Part shown: piece after piece, positions 18,289 through 28,740 of the stretch
Numbering within the stretch: position 1 is the stretch's first letter
Layout: each line of letters opens with the position of its first letter
Origin: a virus
Taxonomy: Duplodnaviria; Caudoviricetes
Direction: 5' to 3' (one strand)
DNA length: 64,000 bases
IMG/VR virus record: IMGVR_UViG_3300025671_008697
Notes under the pieces: generated by a model
What the model was told of the DNA's origin: nothing
Database searches by the model: none
Seen by the model: only the letters and a program-made list of their open reading frames with translations
Translations under genes and position numbers: made by a program

Positions 18289-18810
18289 ATGCAGCAAATC
18301 TACAGTTATCTTTATGACAATACTATCAACGTCCAGTATGACATAGACCCTACTGTTGAGCAAAGGAATCGTGTAGTGTATACCAGAACTATTAATTTGT
18401 ATAAAAATATAGACAACATTGTCAAACTCAAGGTATTGAATTCGGACCAAAAGCCTGTGAATATTACAGGCTATACATTGACCTTTAACATGGTGGATGA
18501 TTATGTGTATGCTAATGCCAACGTAGTTCTACAAAGTAATGTTACTATCAGTAATGCTAATTTGGGATTATGTACAGTTACAATAAGTAGCAACGATTTG
18601 GTGCAATTAGATAGAGAAAAATACACTTTCAATGTATTGGTAGATAATGGTAGTGCAAACATTGCTGCTTATGTAGATGATAATTGGGGCGCATCGGGAC
18701 AAATATTTTTAAGTAATTCAGCCTATCCTATTAATCCTCCAGTAAACTTAGACCTTGGACAAGTTGGTGATGGAGTTACCAGTGCTACATTTAATTTTGG
18801 GAACATATAA
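18289..18810 (+). CDS. Virion protein, BppU/baseplate N-terminal-like Ig fold
   Basis: LKVLNSDQKPVNITG..LTFNM...G.CTVTI...DL...G-type pattern. Start reassigned to ATG 18289, 5 nt after TAAATA. Confidence 0.6.
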   Translation: MQQIYSYLYDNTINVQYDIDPTVEQRNRVVYTRTINLYKNIDNIVKLKVLNSDQKPVNITGYTLTFNMVDDYVYANANVVLQSNVTISNANLGLCTVTISSNDLVQLDREKYTFNVLVDNGSANIAAYVDDNWGASGQIFLSNSAYPINPPVNLDLGQVGDGVTSATFNFGNI

Positions 18811-19934
18811 TGAGTAAAGTTGTACAATGGAAACGTGGTAACGTTACAGTAAATGACAGTTATACTGGCGCTGCTGGCGAAATTACCATCGACACAGATA
18901 ATTGGAATCTGCGTGTTCATGATGGAAGCACTGCAGGAGGCTATACGATCGACAGTACCAGCGGCGGAAGCAGTTTCAGCAATTTAAGTGTATCGGGGTT
19001 TGGAAATATTGGTAACGTTGTTATAACAAACAATCAAGTTTATGCTAATACTGGAAATATTAAACTACAGTCCAGTAACACTAGTGTAGACGGAATATTC
19101 ATTCGCGGCGATAACGGCAGAATCGGTTTTAATACTGAACCTTGGGAAGATGGCGTTGGTTATGATGTTACTTTTGGTAATAGTTCTTTGTATTCAAGAG
19201 AATATTGGGCATCAGCCAACTATACAAATGGTTACCAATTCTTAACTCCAGAAGGAAGGACTGGATTTAGTCATGCCTATGATACATCACAAGGCAACGT
19301 TAGTTTAATTCAACTTAGACATGATAGTACAGTAGTAGCTAAATTTCAAGACAACAATACTTCACAATTGACAGGGAACCTTGTTGTCACATCCGATGGT
19401 TCAACATTTGGTTCATTCCCTAATGCTTTTGTGCAAATGTATGGTAATGTCGACAGTTATCAACAACTGGTAGAACAAAACCTAAGTGACGGCACTAGTG
19501 CCAGCACAGATATTGTAGCAACTGCTGACAACGGTGACGACAATATGCATTTCATCGACATGGGTATTGATGGTAGTAATTACAGTGATCCTGCATTCTT
19601 TGGTGACGTTGCAACTAAAAACGATGGTTACTTATATGTGGTAGGCAATGATGTCACAGGTCCAAGCCTAGGCAACGTAGGTAACCTAATCTTAGGCAGT
19701 ACCAATGGTTTGGTAAAAACTTTTGTAGGTAATATTGCACAGGCAAACGTTGTTACAACTGCTAGTGAGTCAGGATTTACAGTAAACAAAGGTGCGTTTG
19801 TGGTTGCAGCCAATAGTGCTCCTGCTGCTAACAACAGTACAGGAGTTGCCGGTACTATTGCATGGGATGGTGACTATGTTTATGTTTGCGTGGCCACAGA
19901 CACTTGGAAGCGAGCCAACCTTAGCACCTGGTAA
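18810..19934 (+). CDS. Tail fibre-like protein with Mtd N-terminal-type domain
   Basis: VQWKRG...GEITIDTDNWNLRVHDGSTAGG at the N-terminus, G/N/S/T-rich body, C-terminal YVYVCVATDTWKR. Confidence 0.75.
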   Translation: MSKVVQWKRGNVTVNDSYTGAAGEITIDTDNWNLRVHDGSTAGGYTIDSTSGGSSFSNLSVSGFGNIGNVVITNNQVYANTGNIKLQSSNTSVDGIFIRGDNGRIGFNTEPWEDGVGYDVTFGNSSLYSREYWASANYTNGYQFLTPEGRTGFSHAYDTSQGNVSLIQLRHDSTVVAKFQDNNTSQLTGNLVVTSDGSTFGSFPNAFVQMYGNVDSYQQLVEQNLSDGTSASTDIVATADNGDDNMHFIDMGIDGSNYSDPAFFGDVATKNDGYLYVVGNDVTGPSLGNVGNLILGSTNGLVKTFVGNIAQANVVTTASESGFTVNKGAFVVAANSAPAANNSTGVAGTIAWDGDYVYVCVATDTWKRANLSTW

Positions 19935-19954
19935 ATACTAAAACGGATAGCAAA

Positions 19955-20248
19955 ATGAAGATAGCAGAAATACTTAGAGCAGTTGCTGACATTATCGACT
20001 TAGCACAACAAGATACAGTGCCACAAGAGCCTGTGGTTGCCGTTGTAGACAACAGCCAAGAAAATCAAGAGATTGATCAGTTAGCCAAGTTGGCAGGTAT
20101 CACACAGGCCAGCACCACACCAGACGAACAAGTATTTCCTGTAGTAGCCAGTTTTCCTGCAGGCACAGACATGCACCGCAGTAAAAATCCCGCAGACATG
20201 CGTAGCGACAGTGTAAGTTTATATCCAGGTTATGGAGCATGTGACTAA
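19955..20248 (+). CDS. Hypothetical protein
   Basis: 97-aa ORF with TAAATA upstream at 19932. Confidence 0.65.
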   Translation: MKIAEILRAVADIIDLAQQDTVPQEPVVAVVDNSQENQEIDQLAKLAGITQASTTPDEQVFPVVASFPAGTDMHRSKNPADMRSDSVSLYPGYGACD

Positions 20249-21438
20249 TGGCAGCAATTGATGTAGTCTACAAAGGTCTTACAGGCTTATACAGTACACT
20301 AAGTTTAGACACTGCTAATACACTAGCAGAAGTACGCACGGCTGCTATTTCAGACGAAACACTGGACAGCAGTTACTACGGTAACTTAATACTGTTGGCC
20401 AATAACTCAGTCGACAGTGGACTATTGGGTTCCAGCACACTAGCAGACGTTGGATACACTGCTAACTCTGTATTTTTCTTTCACACCATACAAACAGGTA
20501 ATCTGCAACTACGTCAAGAACGTAGGTTAGACATACAACAACTAAAACGTCGTGGAGGCACCGCAGCAAATGTAAACATTCCTGCTTACAGAAACAGAAA
20601 TACCTATGACGTTGACACACTGCCTGCCAAGTATGTGGGCAACGTCAGCACACCAAATGTTCATCCAGACGGCCTATTGGAAGGACGTCCATGGGCCACA
20701 GTTAGTTTAATCAGCAATCCAACATCAATTAGTGAAGGTATTGACAGTGACACACTGTTGACATTTGAAGTTTGGTATGATGCAGCAGATACCAGTACGC
20801 TTATCCCCAGTGCCACAGACGAAGGACAAATCACACAATGGACTGATAAGTCTGGCCAAGAACATAATGCCAATCCAGATGGCGGCAGTGCTAAACCAAC
20901 TTACGAAAACACAGAAACACTTAACGGTTATGGTTATATAGAATTTGATGGTACAGACAGTCTGACAGTTAACCCATTTACAACACTGGCCAGCAAAGCA
21001 GGATATACTGTGTTTATATTAGCCAAACAGAGCACAACTTCGGGTACACAAACATTAACAGTTACTGATGAAAGCGATTTGCTGATCAAAGGTGGTACTG
21101 GCAACTTTATTGTAGGTATGAATGGTGCTACAGGCGACAGTGGAGTTGCTGCAAACACAAGTTGGATTATTCACAGTTTGGTCTACGATGGTACAGGATC
21201 TACCAACAGTGATAAATTACTGTACCGTATCAACAAGGCCAACACCAGTCTATCATTTACAGGCACCATTGCTGGTAATACCAGTGCCAGCAACAAGGAA
21301 TTGTTTATTGGAAACGATGAAGGCGGCACCAACGGATTGGCAGGTAATGTAGCAGAAGTAATTATGTTTAGTAAAACACTGAACAACATTGAGTACAGGA
21401 ACGTAGAAAACTATCTATCAACCAAGTGGGGATTGTAA
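20248..21438 (+). CDS. Virion protein with C-terminal LamG/concanavalin-like domain
   Basis: VWYDAAD...ITQWTDKSG, IEFDG, LFIG...G.VAEVIMF...VENYLSTKWGL. Confidence 0.7.
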   Translation: MAAIDVVYKGLTGLYSTLSLDTANTLAEVRTAAISDETLDSSYYGNLILLANNSVDSGLLGSSTLADVGYTANSVFFFHTIQTGNLQLRQERRLDIQQLKRRGGTAANVNIPAYRNRNTYDVDTLPAKYVGNVSTPNVHPDGLLEGRPWATVSLISNPTSISEGIDSDTLLTFEVWYDAADTSTLIPSATDEGQITQWTDKSGQEHNANPDGGSAKPTYENTETLNGYGYIEFDGTDSLTVNPFTTLASKAGYTVFILAKQSTTSGTQTLTVTDESDLLIKGGTGNFIVGMNGATGDSGVAANTSWIIHSLVYDGTGSTNSDKLLYRINKANTSLSFTGTIAGNTSASNKELFIGNDEGGTNGLAGNVAEVIMFSKTLNNIEYRNVENYLSTKWGL

Positions 21439-21441
21439 ACC

Positions 21442-23007
21442 ATGGCAACTAGTGCAAATACTACACCCTACATACACCCTTTCCCCAACTATCAACTAAA
21501 TGACCTGCATCAAAGCATGGAATACAATGCTGCTGGTCAGCCTATTATACGCACCGGAGTGGGCAGTATAAATGCACTCAGTGCGTGGGGAGAAAATTTA
21601 ACTGTAGCTCTACAACCAATTTTGCAATTGGATGCACTATACGGCTTGGACGCAGATAGATTTCAAACCTACGCCGCCGGCGGCGGAACTGCGGTGTCTA
21701 ACAGTGATGAGATGTTTGAATGCACTTCAAGTGCCACACTCTACAGTTATGGTGTGCTACGTTCAAGGCGTTTTTTAAGATATAGAGCAGGACAGGCCAA
21801 TATGGCACGTTTTACTGCCATGTTCAGCGGCACAGCAGGCACCAGTCTTAGAGCAGGACTGTTTAATCAAGAAAGTGCACTGCAGGTCGGTGTTAACAAT
21901 GGACAGTTCGGTGTGTTACACTTCTATGGTGCCAGAGCAGAAATCAGACAACTCACTATTGCAACAGCAAGCTCGGGTGGTACAGCCACTGTGACCGTAA
22001 ACAGTGTGGCCTATAACGTCACATTGGTCAATGGTGAAACCGCAATTCAAACAGCAGCACGTATTGCTAGAGAATTAGACGGTGTGGCCACTGGCTGGAT
22101 CGTAGAATCCAAAAGTGCTAAGGTAGTGTTTTTAAGTGAGGCTACCGGTCCTTTAGCCGGCACTTACAGTTATTCTTCCACAGGCACAAGCACAGGCACG
22201 TTCAGTCAACTAGAAGCCGGAGTTGTGGGCACAGAAAACTGGATTTATCAAAGTGATTTTAGCCTAGATAGTTTGGACGGCACCGGGCCCAGTGGTATGA
22301 CCATTGATACAACAAAACTCAATGTGTTCCAAATTGATTTTAGATGGCTTGGCGCAGGCAGAATAAGATTCAGCATTGAAAACAGTCTGACCGGTGGCAT
22401 AATGCCATTTCATGAAATCAGTTGGAGCAATGAAAACACTTTACCCTGGAGTCATAATCCCAATTATAAAATAGGCTATGTGGCCTACAACATTGGCGGC
22501 TCAGAATCGGCTTGGGTGCGTGGTGCTTCCATGGGCTGTTTCAACGAAGGCTTTACTACCAAAAACGACTATACCAGAAGTTTCAGTAACTCAAAAAGCA
22601 GTTTATCCAGCGGCACTATACATCAACTGTTTTCAATTCGCAACCCAATCACTGACAATGAAATCATTAACACCAGAGAAATCATTATACAGGATGTTTC
22701 GGTTGCACACCAAGGCAACGACCCTATAGAAATATTGTTATTTCTAAATGCCAATTTGGCCACAGGCACACAGACTTACATAGAACTGCCGGAAGCCATT
22801 CCCACAGTCAGTACCACAACAGGCACATTTACCACCACCAACAACACACCAGTAGCCAGTTTTGTTGCTGGCATTAATGGATATCAACAATACAATTTGG
22901 AACCATATAGAATCACTGTGGCTGCTGGAGATTTTGTGTCGGTGGCAGTGCGATCTGCACAGTCAATTAGTCAAATTGCTGGTGCCATAGTTTGGATAGC
23001 AGACTAA
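21442..23007 (+). CDS. Putative virion structural protein (beta-rich)
   Basis: 521-aa S/T/G-rich ORF in the tail block. LRY..GQ and FQIDFRWLGAG segments. Confidence 0.6.
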   Translation: MATSANTTPYIHPFPNYQLNDLHQSMEYNAAGQPIIRTGVGSINALSAWGENLTVALQPILQLDALYGLDADRFQTYAAGGGTAVSNSDEMFECTSSATLYSYGVLRSRRFLRYRAGQANMARFTAMFSGTAGTSLRAGLFNQESALQVGVNNGQFGVLHFYGARAEIRQLTIATASSGGTATVTVNSVAYNVTLVNGETAIQTAARIARELDGVATGWIVESKSAKVVFLSEATGPLAGTYSYSSTGTSTGTFSQLEAGVVGTENWIYQSDFSLDSLDGTGPSGMTIDTTKLNVFQIDFRWLGAGRIRFSIENSLTGGIMPFHEISWSNENTLPWSHNPNYKIGYVAYNIGGSESAWVRGASMGCFNEGFTTKNDYTRSFSNSKSSLSSGTIHQLFSIRNPITDNEIINTREIIIQDVSVAHQGNDPIEILLFLNANLATGTQTYIELPEAIPTVSTTTGTFTTTNNTPVASFVAGINGYQQYNLEPYRITVAAGDFVSVAVRSAQSISQIAGAIVWIAD

Positions 23008-23036
23008 TTGACTATTCACGGTTTTTGCTGTATAAT
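23008..23036 (+). promoter_or_regulatory. sigma70 promoter for primase-helicase
   Basis: TTGACT(23008)-N17-TATAAT(23031). The ATG follows after 8 nt. Confidence 0.75.
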
Positions 23037-23044
23037 TACAATTA

Positions 23045-24061
23045 ATGTTTAATACTGTACAAGACGCAGTCCTCGGTTTACTACCTCCGAAACGACGTCG
23101 TAGCCAAAGTGGTTGGTTAAGTTTCAACGCGGTCTGTTGCAGTCACAGAGGTGAATCAGCAGACACACGTCAACGTGGTGGTGTAATGACACAGCCCGAT
23201 GGTGCAGTCAGTTATCACTGCTTTAACTGTCAGTTCAAAACTGGCTACAAGCCAGGAGCGCCTTTGGGATTCAAATTCCGACGTTGGCTCAAATGGTTGG
23301 GCGCTGATGATGCAGAAGTAAACCGTTTGGTCATTGAAGCACTGAGAGTCAAAGACTTGGTGCAGCCAGAGAGCCAAGAGCCCGAACCCATAGACATAGA
23401 ATTTGAAGCCAGACAGTTGCCCAGTGAAGCCAAAAGTTTTATGGCCCTAGCAGACTTTTATGAACTCAATGAGTGGCGTGATGTGCCCACAGCCTACAAA
23501 GACAGTGTGGCCTATGTACACAGTAGAAACATAGACATGCAACGCTATGAGTTTTACTGGACTCCGGCAGTAGAACACAAACTCGGCCATAGAGTCATAG
23601 TGCCGTTTTACTATAAAAGAAAAATTGTGGGCTGGACTGCTAGAGCACTTAACAGCGGTATAAAACCCAAGTACCACAGTGACCATCCCAGCAACTTTGT
23701 GTTTAACTTGGACCAACAACTGTACGACAACAAGTTTGTCATAGTCTGTGAAGGCGTGTTTGATGCACTAGCCATAGATGGTGTGGCAGTGTTGGGCGCA
23801 GACATCACAGAGACACAGGCAGAACTGATTGAAAGTTTAGGTAGAGACATAATCGTTGTACCAGACTGGGACTCTGCAGGCAGCAAACTCATAGACAGAG
23901 CTGTAGAGTATGGATGGGCGGTAAGTTTTCCCTTATGGAGAGAACAGGCCAAAGACATCAGTGAAGCAGTTGCCAAGTATGGAAAACTGTATGTGTTAAA
24001 AGACATATTAAATAACAAACAGACAAACAATCTTAAAATAAAAATAATGAGTCGTCAATGA
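23045..24061 (+). CDS. DNA primase (Zn ribbon + TOPRIM, gp61-like)
   Basis: CCSH...CFNC, VCEGVFDA, VPDWDSAG, KDISEA. Confidence 0.9.
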   Translation: MFNTVQDAVLGLLPPKRRRSQSGWLSFNAVCCSHRGESADTRQRGGVMTQPDGAVSYHCFNCQFKTGYKPGAPLGFKFRRWLKWLGADDAEVNRLVIEALRVKDLVQPESQEPEPIDIEFEARQLPSEAKSFMALADFYELNEWRDVPTAYKDSVAYVHSRNIDMQRYEFYWTPAVEHKLGHRVIVPFYYKRKIVGWTARALNSGIKPKYHSDHPSNFVFNLDQQLYDNKFVIVCEGVFDALAIDGVAVLGADITETQAELIESLGRDIIVVPDWDSAGSKLIDRAVEYGWAVSFPLWREQAKDISEAVAKYGKLYVLKDILNNKQTNNLKIKIMSRQ

Positions 24062-25488
24062 GCAAAGAGTATACACCAGAACTACAGAAACTATTTTTAG
24101 AAATGGTCATGCAAAATCCTGAAAGTTATTTGAGGGTGCAGAACATTTATAACTTTGAAAACTTTGACAGAACACTACGCAGTGCTGCCAAGTTTATCAG
24201 CGAACACGTCAAAGACCATAACGCCATGCCCACTGCTGAGCAGGTCGAAGCAGTGACACAGGTACAGTTACGACCAGTACCAGACTTGCAGGACAATCAT
24301 TATGATTGGTTTATGACAGAGTTTGAAGGATTTACTCGCAAACAGGAACTGGAGCGAGCAATTCTTAAATGTGCGGACATGCTGGAAAAAGGTGACTATG
24401 ATCCAGTAGAAAAAATCATCAAAGACGCAGTGCAGATCAGTCTGACCAAGGACATGGGCACAGACTATTTTGAAGATCCCAGAGCCAGGTTAATGAAGAT
24501 CAAAAGCAACAACGGACAGGTAAGCACTGGCTGGCCCACAATGGACAAACGTTTGTTTGGTGGTATGAATCGAGGCGAACTCAACATCTTTGCAGGTGGC
24601 TCGGGTAGTGGTAAATCGTTGTTTATGCAGAACATTGCTATTAACTGGATCACACAGGGACTGAACGGTGTGTTCTTAACACTGGAACTTAGTGAAGAAC
24701 TGTGTGCTATGCGTATGGATAGTATGGTAGCAAATGTCAGTACTAAGGAGATTTTCCGAGACTTAGACACTATCGAAATTAAACTAAAGATGGTGGGCAA
24801 GAAGTCTGGTAAAATGCGTATCAAGTACATGCCAGCACAGAGCAACGTAAATCAAATACGTGCTTACCTAAAAGAACTGGAAGTGCAGACAGGACAGCGA
24901 ACAGACTTTATCATGGTAGACTACTTAGATTTGGTCATGCCAGTCAGTGCCAAAGTGTCGCCCAATGATTTGTTTGTTAAGGACAAGTATGTATCGGAAG
25001 AACTTAGAAACTTGGCTAAGGAGTTTAACATCTTAATGGTAACTGCAAGTCAGTTGAATCGTAGTGCAGTGGAAGAAATTGAATTTGACCATAGTCACAT
25101 CAGTGGTGGTATCAGTAAGATCAATACTGCTGACAACGTGTTTGGTATCTTTACAAGTCGTGCAATGCGTGAGCGTGGTAGGTATCAGATACAGTTGATG
25201 AAAACTCGTAGTTCAAGCGGTGTAGGACAGAAAGTAGACTTGGACTTTGACCTAGAGTGTTTGCGTATCACAGATCCAGGTGAAGAAGCACAGGGTACTC
25301 CGGGCAGTTTGAAGCCACAGACCGGCAGTATCATGGCACAGATCAAAGCCAAGAGCACAGTAGACGAAGATACTGATACAAAACCACAACGTGCTACAGG
25401 AACACCTGTGTGGGAACAACAACCTCAGGTAGCAGGTGAAGCACAGAGTACAAAACTCAAGCAGATGTTAGCAGGGCTTAAAAAGTAG
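24058..25488 (+). CDS. Replicative DnaB/gp41-like helicase
   Basis: GGSGSGKS, LTLELSE, VDYLD, ASQLNR, KTR. Confidence 0.92.
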   Translation: MSKEYTPELQKLFLEMVMQNPESYLRVQNIYNFENFDRTLRSAAKFISEHVKDHNAMPTAEQVEAVTQVQLRPVPDLQDNHYDWFMTEFEGFTRKQELERAILKCADMLEKGDYDPVEKIIKDAVQISLTKDMGTDYFEDPRARLMKIKSNNGQVSTGWPTMDKRLFGGMNRGELNIFAGGSGSGKSLFMQNIAINWITQGLNGVFLTLELSEELCAMRMDSMVANVSTKEIFRDLDTIEIKLKMVGKKSGKMRIKYMPAQSNVNQIRAYLKELEVQTGQRTDFIMVDYLDLVMPVSAKVSPNDLFVKDKYVSEELRNLAKEFNILMVTASQLNRSAVEEIEFDHSHISGGISKINTADNVFGIFTSRAMRERGRYQIQLMKTRSSSGVGQKVDLDFDLECLRITDPGEEAQGTPGSLKPQTGSIMAQIKAKSTVDEDTDTKPQRATGTPVWEQQPQVAGEAQSTKLKQMLAGLKK

Positions 25489-25492
25489 AATA

Positions 25493-26497
25493 ATGTTAAG
25501 ATATGAAGACATAAAACAAGTCCATTTAGAAATTTCTTCACTATGCAATGCTAGGTGTCCTTTATGTCCTAGAAATTTTCGTGGCTATAATTATAACGAT
25601 GGATATATTGAAAGGAATCTAACGTTAGATGACGTAAAAAAAATATTTCAAGTTGACTTTTTAAAACAATTATCTAAAATACGAATTAACGGGAATTTTG
25701 GAGATATCGTTATGAATCCAGAAGGACCAGAAATTGTCAAATATTTTAAATCTGCTAATTCTAAACTTCAAATTACTATAAGCACTAACGGAAGTGGCAG
25801 ATCTAAGAATTTTTGGCACCGGCTTGCTGAAAATGCAGAGATAGATTTTTGTTTAGATGGGCTAAAAGACACTCACACATTGTACCGGCAAAATACAGAT
25901 TGGAAAACTATTATAAAAAATGCACAACATGTTATTAAAAACAATGGTGTAGCCAACTGGAAATTTATTTTATTTGACCACAATAAACATCAAGTCGAAG
26001 AAGCAAAAAAACTAGCAATGGACCTTGGATTTAGACAATTCAAACTCGTCGATCATGGAAGGAATACGGGACCCGTTTTTGATAAAAAAGGAAATTTATC
26101 GCATGTAATTGGAAATTATAAAGGAGAGACTAGTTTTCCAATTTTGTTTCATAAGAAAAAAACAGACATGGTTCTTGTTGAAGATATTATAGAAAACAGA
26201 GAACCAAAATTTAATATAAAATGTCAAACAAAAAAAGATTCAGAAATTTATATAACATCAACTGGTGAAGTTTATCCTTGCTGTTTTACAGGATTTAGTC
26301 CTAGGACATATGGGCACGGAGAATATCATGAAGCCGTTAATCAACAGATAAAAGATTTGCTACCAAAAAATAATAATGCTTTAGAAAATACATTAGAGGA
26401 ATGCGTTAGTTGGTTTAATAAAATTCAAAATAGTTGGAAAATTCAGTCATATGAGCAGGGAAGACTTATTGTTTGTGATGATAATTGTGGATTATGA
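25493..26497 (+). CDS. Radical SAM protein with SPASM/twitch-like C-terminus
   Basis: CNARCPLC, C-terminal C...GEVYPCC...C...C. AT-rich. Confidence 0.88.
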   Translation: MLRYEDIKQVHLEISSLCNARCPLCPRNFRGYNYNDGYIERNLTLDDVKKIFQVDFLKQLSKIRINGNFGDIVMNPEGPEIVKYFKSANSKLQITISTNGSGRSKNFWHRLAENAEIDFCLDGLKDTHTLYRQNTDWKTIIKNAQHVIKNNGVANWKFILFDHNKHQVEEAKKLAMDLGFRQFKLVDHGRNTGPVFDKKGNLSHVIGNYKGETSFPILFHKKKTDMVLVEDIIENREPKFNIKCQTKKDSEIYITSTGEVYPCCFTGFSPRTYGHGEYHEAVNQQIKDLLPKNNNALENTLEECVSWFNKIQNSWKIQSYEQGRLIVCDDNCGL

Positions 26498-26527
26498 TAC
26501 TAAATATAACTAATCCGGAGTGAATTA

Positions 26528-26776
26528 GTGCAACGCAAGACTCGTAGCATATTAGAAGAATTAGACACCTTTAGATCGCCTAAAGACCGTGAAAATCTAA
26601 TAGAATCACGTGCAAATCACGTAATTCAGGGTGCTATCAACCTCATAAATTTCATTCGTGAAAACTATGACGCCACTCAGTCTGAAGAGTTAGAACGTAG
26701 ATTGCTTAACAGTATCAGAGCACAAGATTCTTCCAAATTCAGCCGTGGCGTAAAACGTATCAAAAATGAAAATTAA
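26528..26776 (+). CDS. Hypothetical protein
   Basis: 82 aa, GTG start, GGAG SD, TAAATA at 26501. Confidence 0.75.
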   Translation: MQRKTRSILEELDTFRSPKDRENLIESRANHVIQGAINLINFIRENYDATQSEELERRLLNSIRAQDSSKFSRGVKRIKNEN

Positions 26777-27398
26777 AGACGTTATTGTAGAACAGGGTGT
26801 AGGTCAAGAACTGTGGCGTCGAGCTACACTGCGTCCTGAGCAAAAACGGGAACTCGAGCAACTTGAAACAATGTTAGTAAGATTAACAAAACTACCGTTG
26901 CAACGAGTACAAAAGAACAGTAAAGATATTTTAAAGCAATACAAAGAACTTTTGAATCGTAACGATGATTGGGAAAAAGATCCTATTGGCAGAGAAGTAG
27001 CATTAGCAAAAGCAATTAGTCCTTATTATCCGGATACGGCCGAGCAAATTATCGCTGCGTATAGTGGTGAGAAAAAAGAAATAAACAAAACGCAGCAACA
27101 GCCATCAGCCGCAGTACAGACAAAACAACCGGCACAACAAACTAGACAATCGGTTATCCCTAGAGAACAAGGATTTGTTACCACTGTGATTGCACCAACA
27201 GCAGGTGGTGATAGAAAGTTCTGGTATGATGGAAAAAACTGGAAAGAATATTTTGGGTCAAATTGGCCAAACGATCTTCAAACATCGCAATCAGTGACAG
27301 ATGACAGAGTAATTGATTACATCGCAAAACAAGTTGCATTAAAGAATACCAGTAAAGTTCCTTACGGAACAACTAAACAAACTAAAAGAAAATCATGA
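26766..27398 (+). CDS. Hypothetical protein
   Basis: 210-aa ORF overlapping its neighbours. Confidence 0.7.
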   Translation: MKIKDVIVEQGVGQELWRRATLRPEQKRELEQLETMLVRLTKLPLQRVQKNSKDILKQYKELLNRNDDWEKDPIGREVALAKAISPYYPDTAEQIIAAYSGEKKEINKTQQQPSAAVQTKQPAQQTRQSVIPREQGFVTTVIAPTAGGDRKFWYDGKNWKEYFGSNWPNDLQTSQSVTDDRVIDYIAKQVALKNTSKVPYGTTKQTKRKS

Positions 27399-28663
27399 AG
27401 TTATTTGAAATCCGTAACACGGCCCCTCGTTGGCAACTGTGCGAAGCTGCAGAAGGTAAAAATCTACACCTTGAACATATTGAGGATTTGGTATTCAACG
27501 AAGGATACTTGGGCGCACAACGTGCTTTAAACTATCTTGAAAGCCTGCGTCAAATGTTAGCAGAAGGTGCTGGCCCTGCTAGTGCTCGTATTACAGTTAA
27601 ATGGGACGGTGCTCCGGCAATTATCTGCGGCACAGATCCTGTAGATGGTCGTTTTTTTGTGGGCACTAAGTCTGTGTTTACAAAAACAGAGCCCAAGGTC
27701 TGCAAAACACCAGGAGACATTAAAAAGTTTTATGGTGATAGACCCGAACTGTCAGAAAAACTCAGCCTTGCCTTAAAGTATCTGAGCAAATTAGGCATTG
27801 GCGGTGTGCTACAGGGCGACTTAATGTTTACACCTGGTGACATTGAACAAACACAAATTGACGGTGAAGATGTCTATGTGTTTACACCCAATACTATCAG
27901 TTACGCAGTACCTGTTAACAGTGAATTAGGTCAGCGCATCGCTAGTGCCAAAATAGGAATTATTTTCCACACTGCTTATGATGGCAGCAGTCTACCAGAA
28001 ATGACTGCCAGTTTTGGCGCTGAGGTATCCGGGCTTAACCGCAGTCGTGATGTGTGGTTTGATGACGCTACATACAAAGATTTGACTGGTGTTGCCAGTT
28101 TAACACCACAAGAAAATAGACAGATTGCGTCAGTGTTACGTGCTGGTGCTACTACACTACAAAAATTACAGAAAAACAAGTTCGACGTCATCTTAGGTAA
28201 TCCAGAGTTTAGTCAGTATATCAAGCCTTTTATCAACAACATGGTCAAAGGTGGAGAACAGGTTGGAGAGCCTATTCAGTTTTTAAATGACTTCTTGGAA
28301 TTTTATCGTGGCAAGATGCAAGACCAAATCGAAAAACTAAAAGGCGGACCTGAAAGCCGAGCAGCCCAAGCACGTATTGAAAAGATCCAGCAAAACGAGC
28401 AGTTTGTGGAAGATAACACCAACACACTGCTGGGTATATTAGCAGTCTATAAACGTATTATTGAGGCAAAAATGCTGATTTTACGCAAACTACAGACTAT
28501 AGAAAGCATTGGCACTTTCTTAAAAACCGACACAGGCTATAGAGTTACCGCACCAGAAGGGTTTGTTGCCATAGGACACGATGGTGGCGCAGTTAAACTG
28601 GTAGACAGAATCGAATTTAGCCGTGAAAACTTCCTGGCCACCAAAGCCTGGAGCAAAACCTAA
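27395..28663 (+). CDS. Ligase-like covalent nucleotidyltransferase-fold protein
   Basis: TVKWDGAP (motif I KxDG), LQGDLMF (III), GIIFH (IIIa), PEGFV (IV), VKLVDR (V). Confidence 0.6.
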   Translation: MKLFEIRNTAPRWQLCEAAEGKNLHLEHIEDLVFNEGYLGAQRALNYLESLRQMLAEGAGPASARITVKWDGAPAIICGTDPVDGRFFVGTKSVFTKTEPKVCKTPGDIKKFYGDRPELSEKLSLALKYLSKLGIGGVLQGDLMFTPGDIEQTQIDGEDVYVFTPNTISYAVPVNSELGQRIASAKIGIIFHTAYDGSSLPEMTASFGAEVSGLNRSRDVWFDDATYKDLTGVASLTPQENRQIASVLRAGATTLQKLQKNKFDVILGNPEFSQYIKPFINNMVKGGEQVGEPIQFLNDFLEFYRGKMQDQIEKLKGGPESRAAQARIEKIQQNEQFVEDNTNTLLGILAVYKRIIEAKMLILRKLQTIESIGTFLKTDTGYRVTAPEGFVAIGHDGGAVKLVDRIEFSRENFLATKAWSKT

Positions 28664-28691
28664 CCTATCCCAACCATTTTTTTCCAAAGGC

Positions 28692-28718
28692 ATAAATAAT
28701 TGTATGCGTTTCGACGCA
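28692..28718 (+). promoter_or_regulatory. Late-type promoter plus 5' hairpin
   Basis: ATAAATA (28692-28698), then TGCGT-TTCG-ACGCA (28705-28718). Confidence 0.65.
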
Positions 28719-28740
28719 GACTTTTTAAAGGAATAAGAAA

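Noticed and set aside
18810-19934. Diversity-generating retroelement target (Mtd-like)
   Set aside because: Only the N-terminal Mtd-type domain is recognisable. No reverse transcriptase or TR/VR repeat pair was seen in the window.
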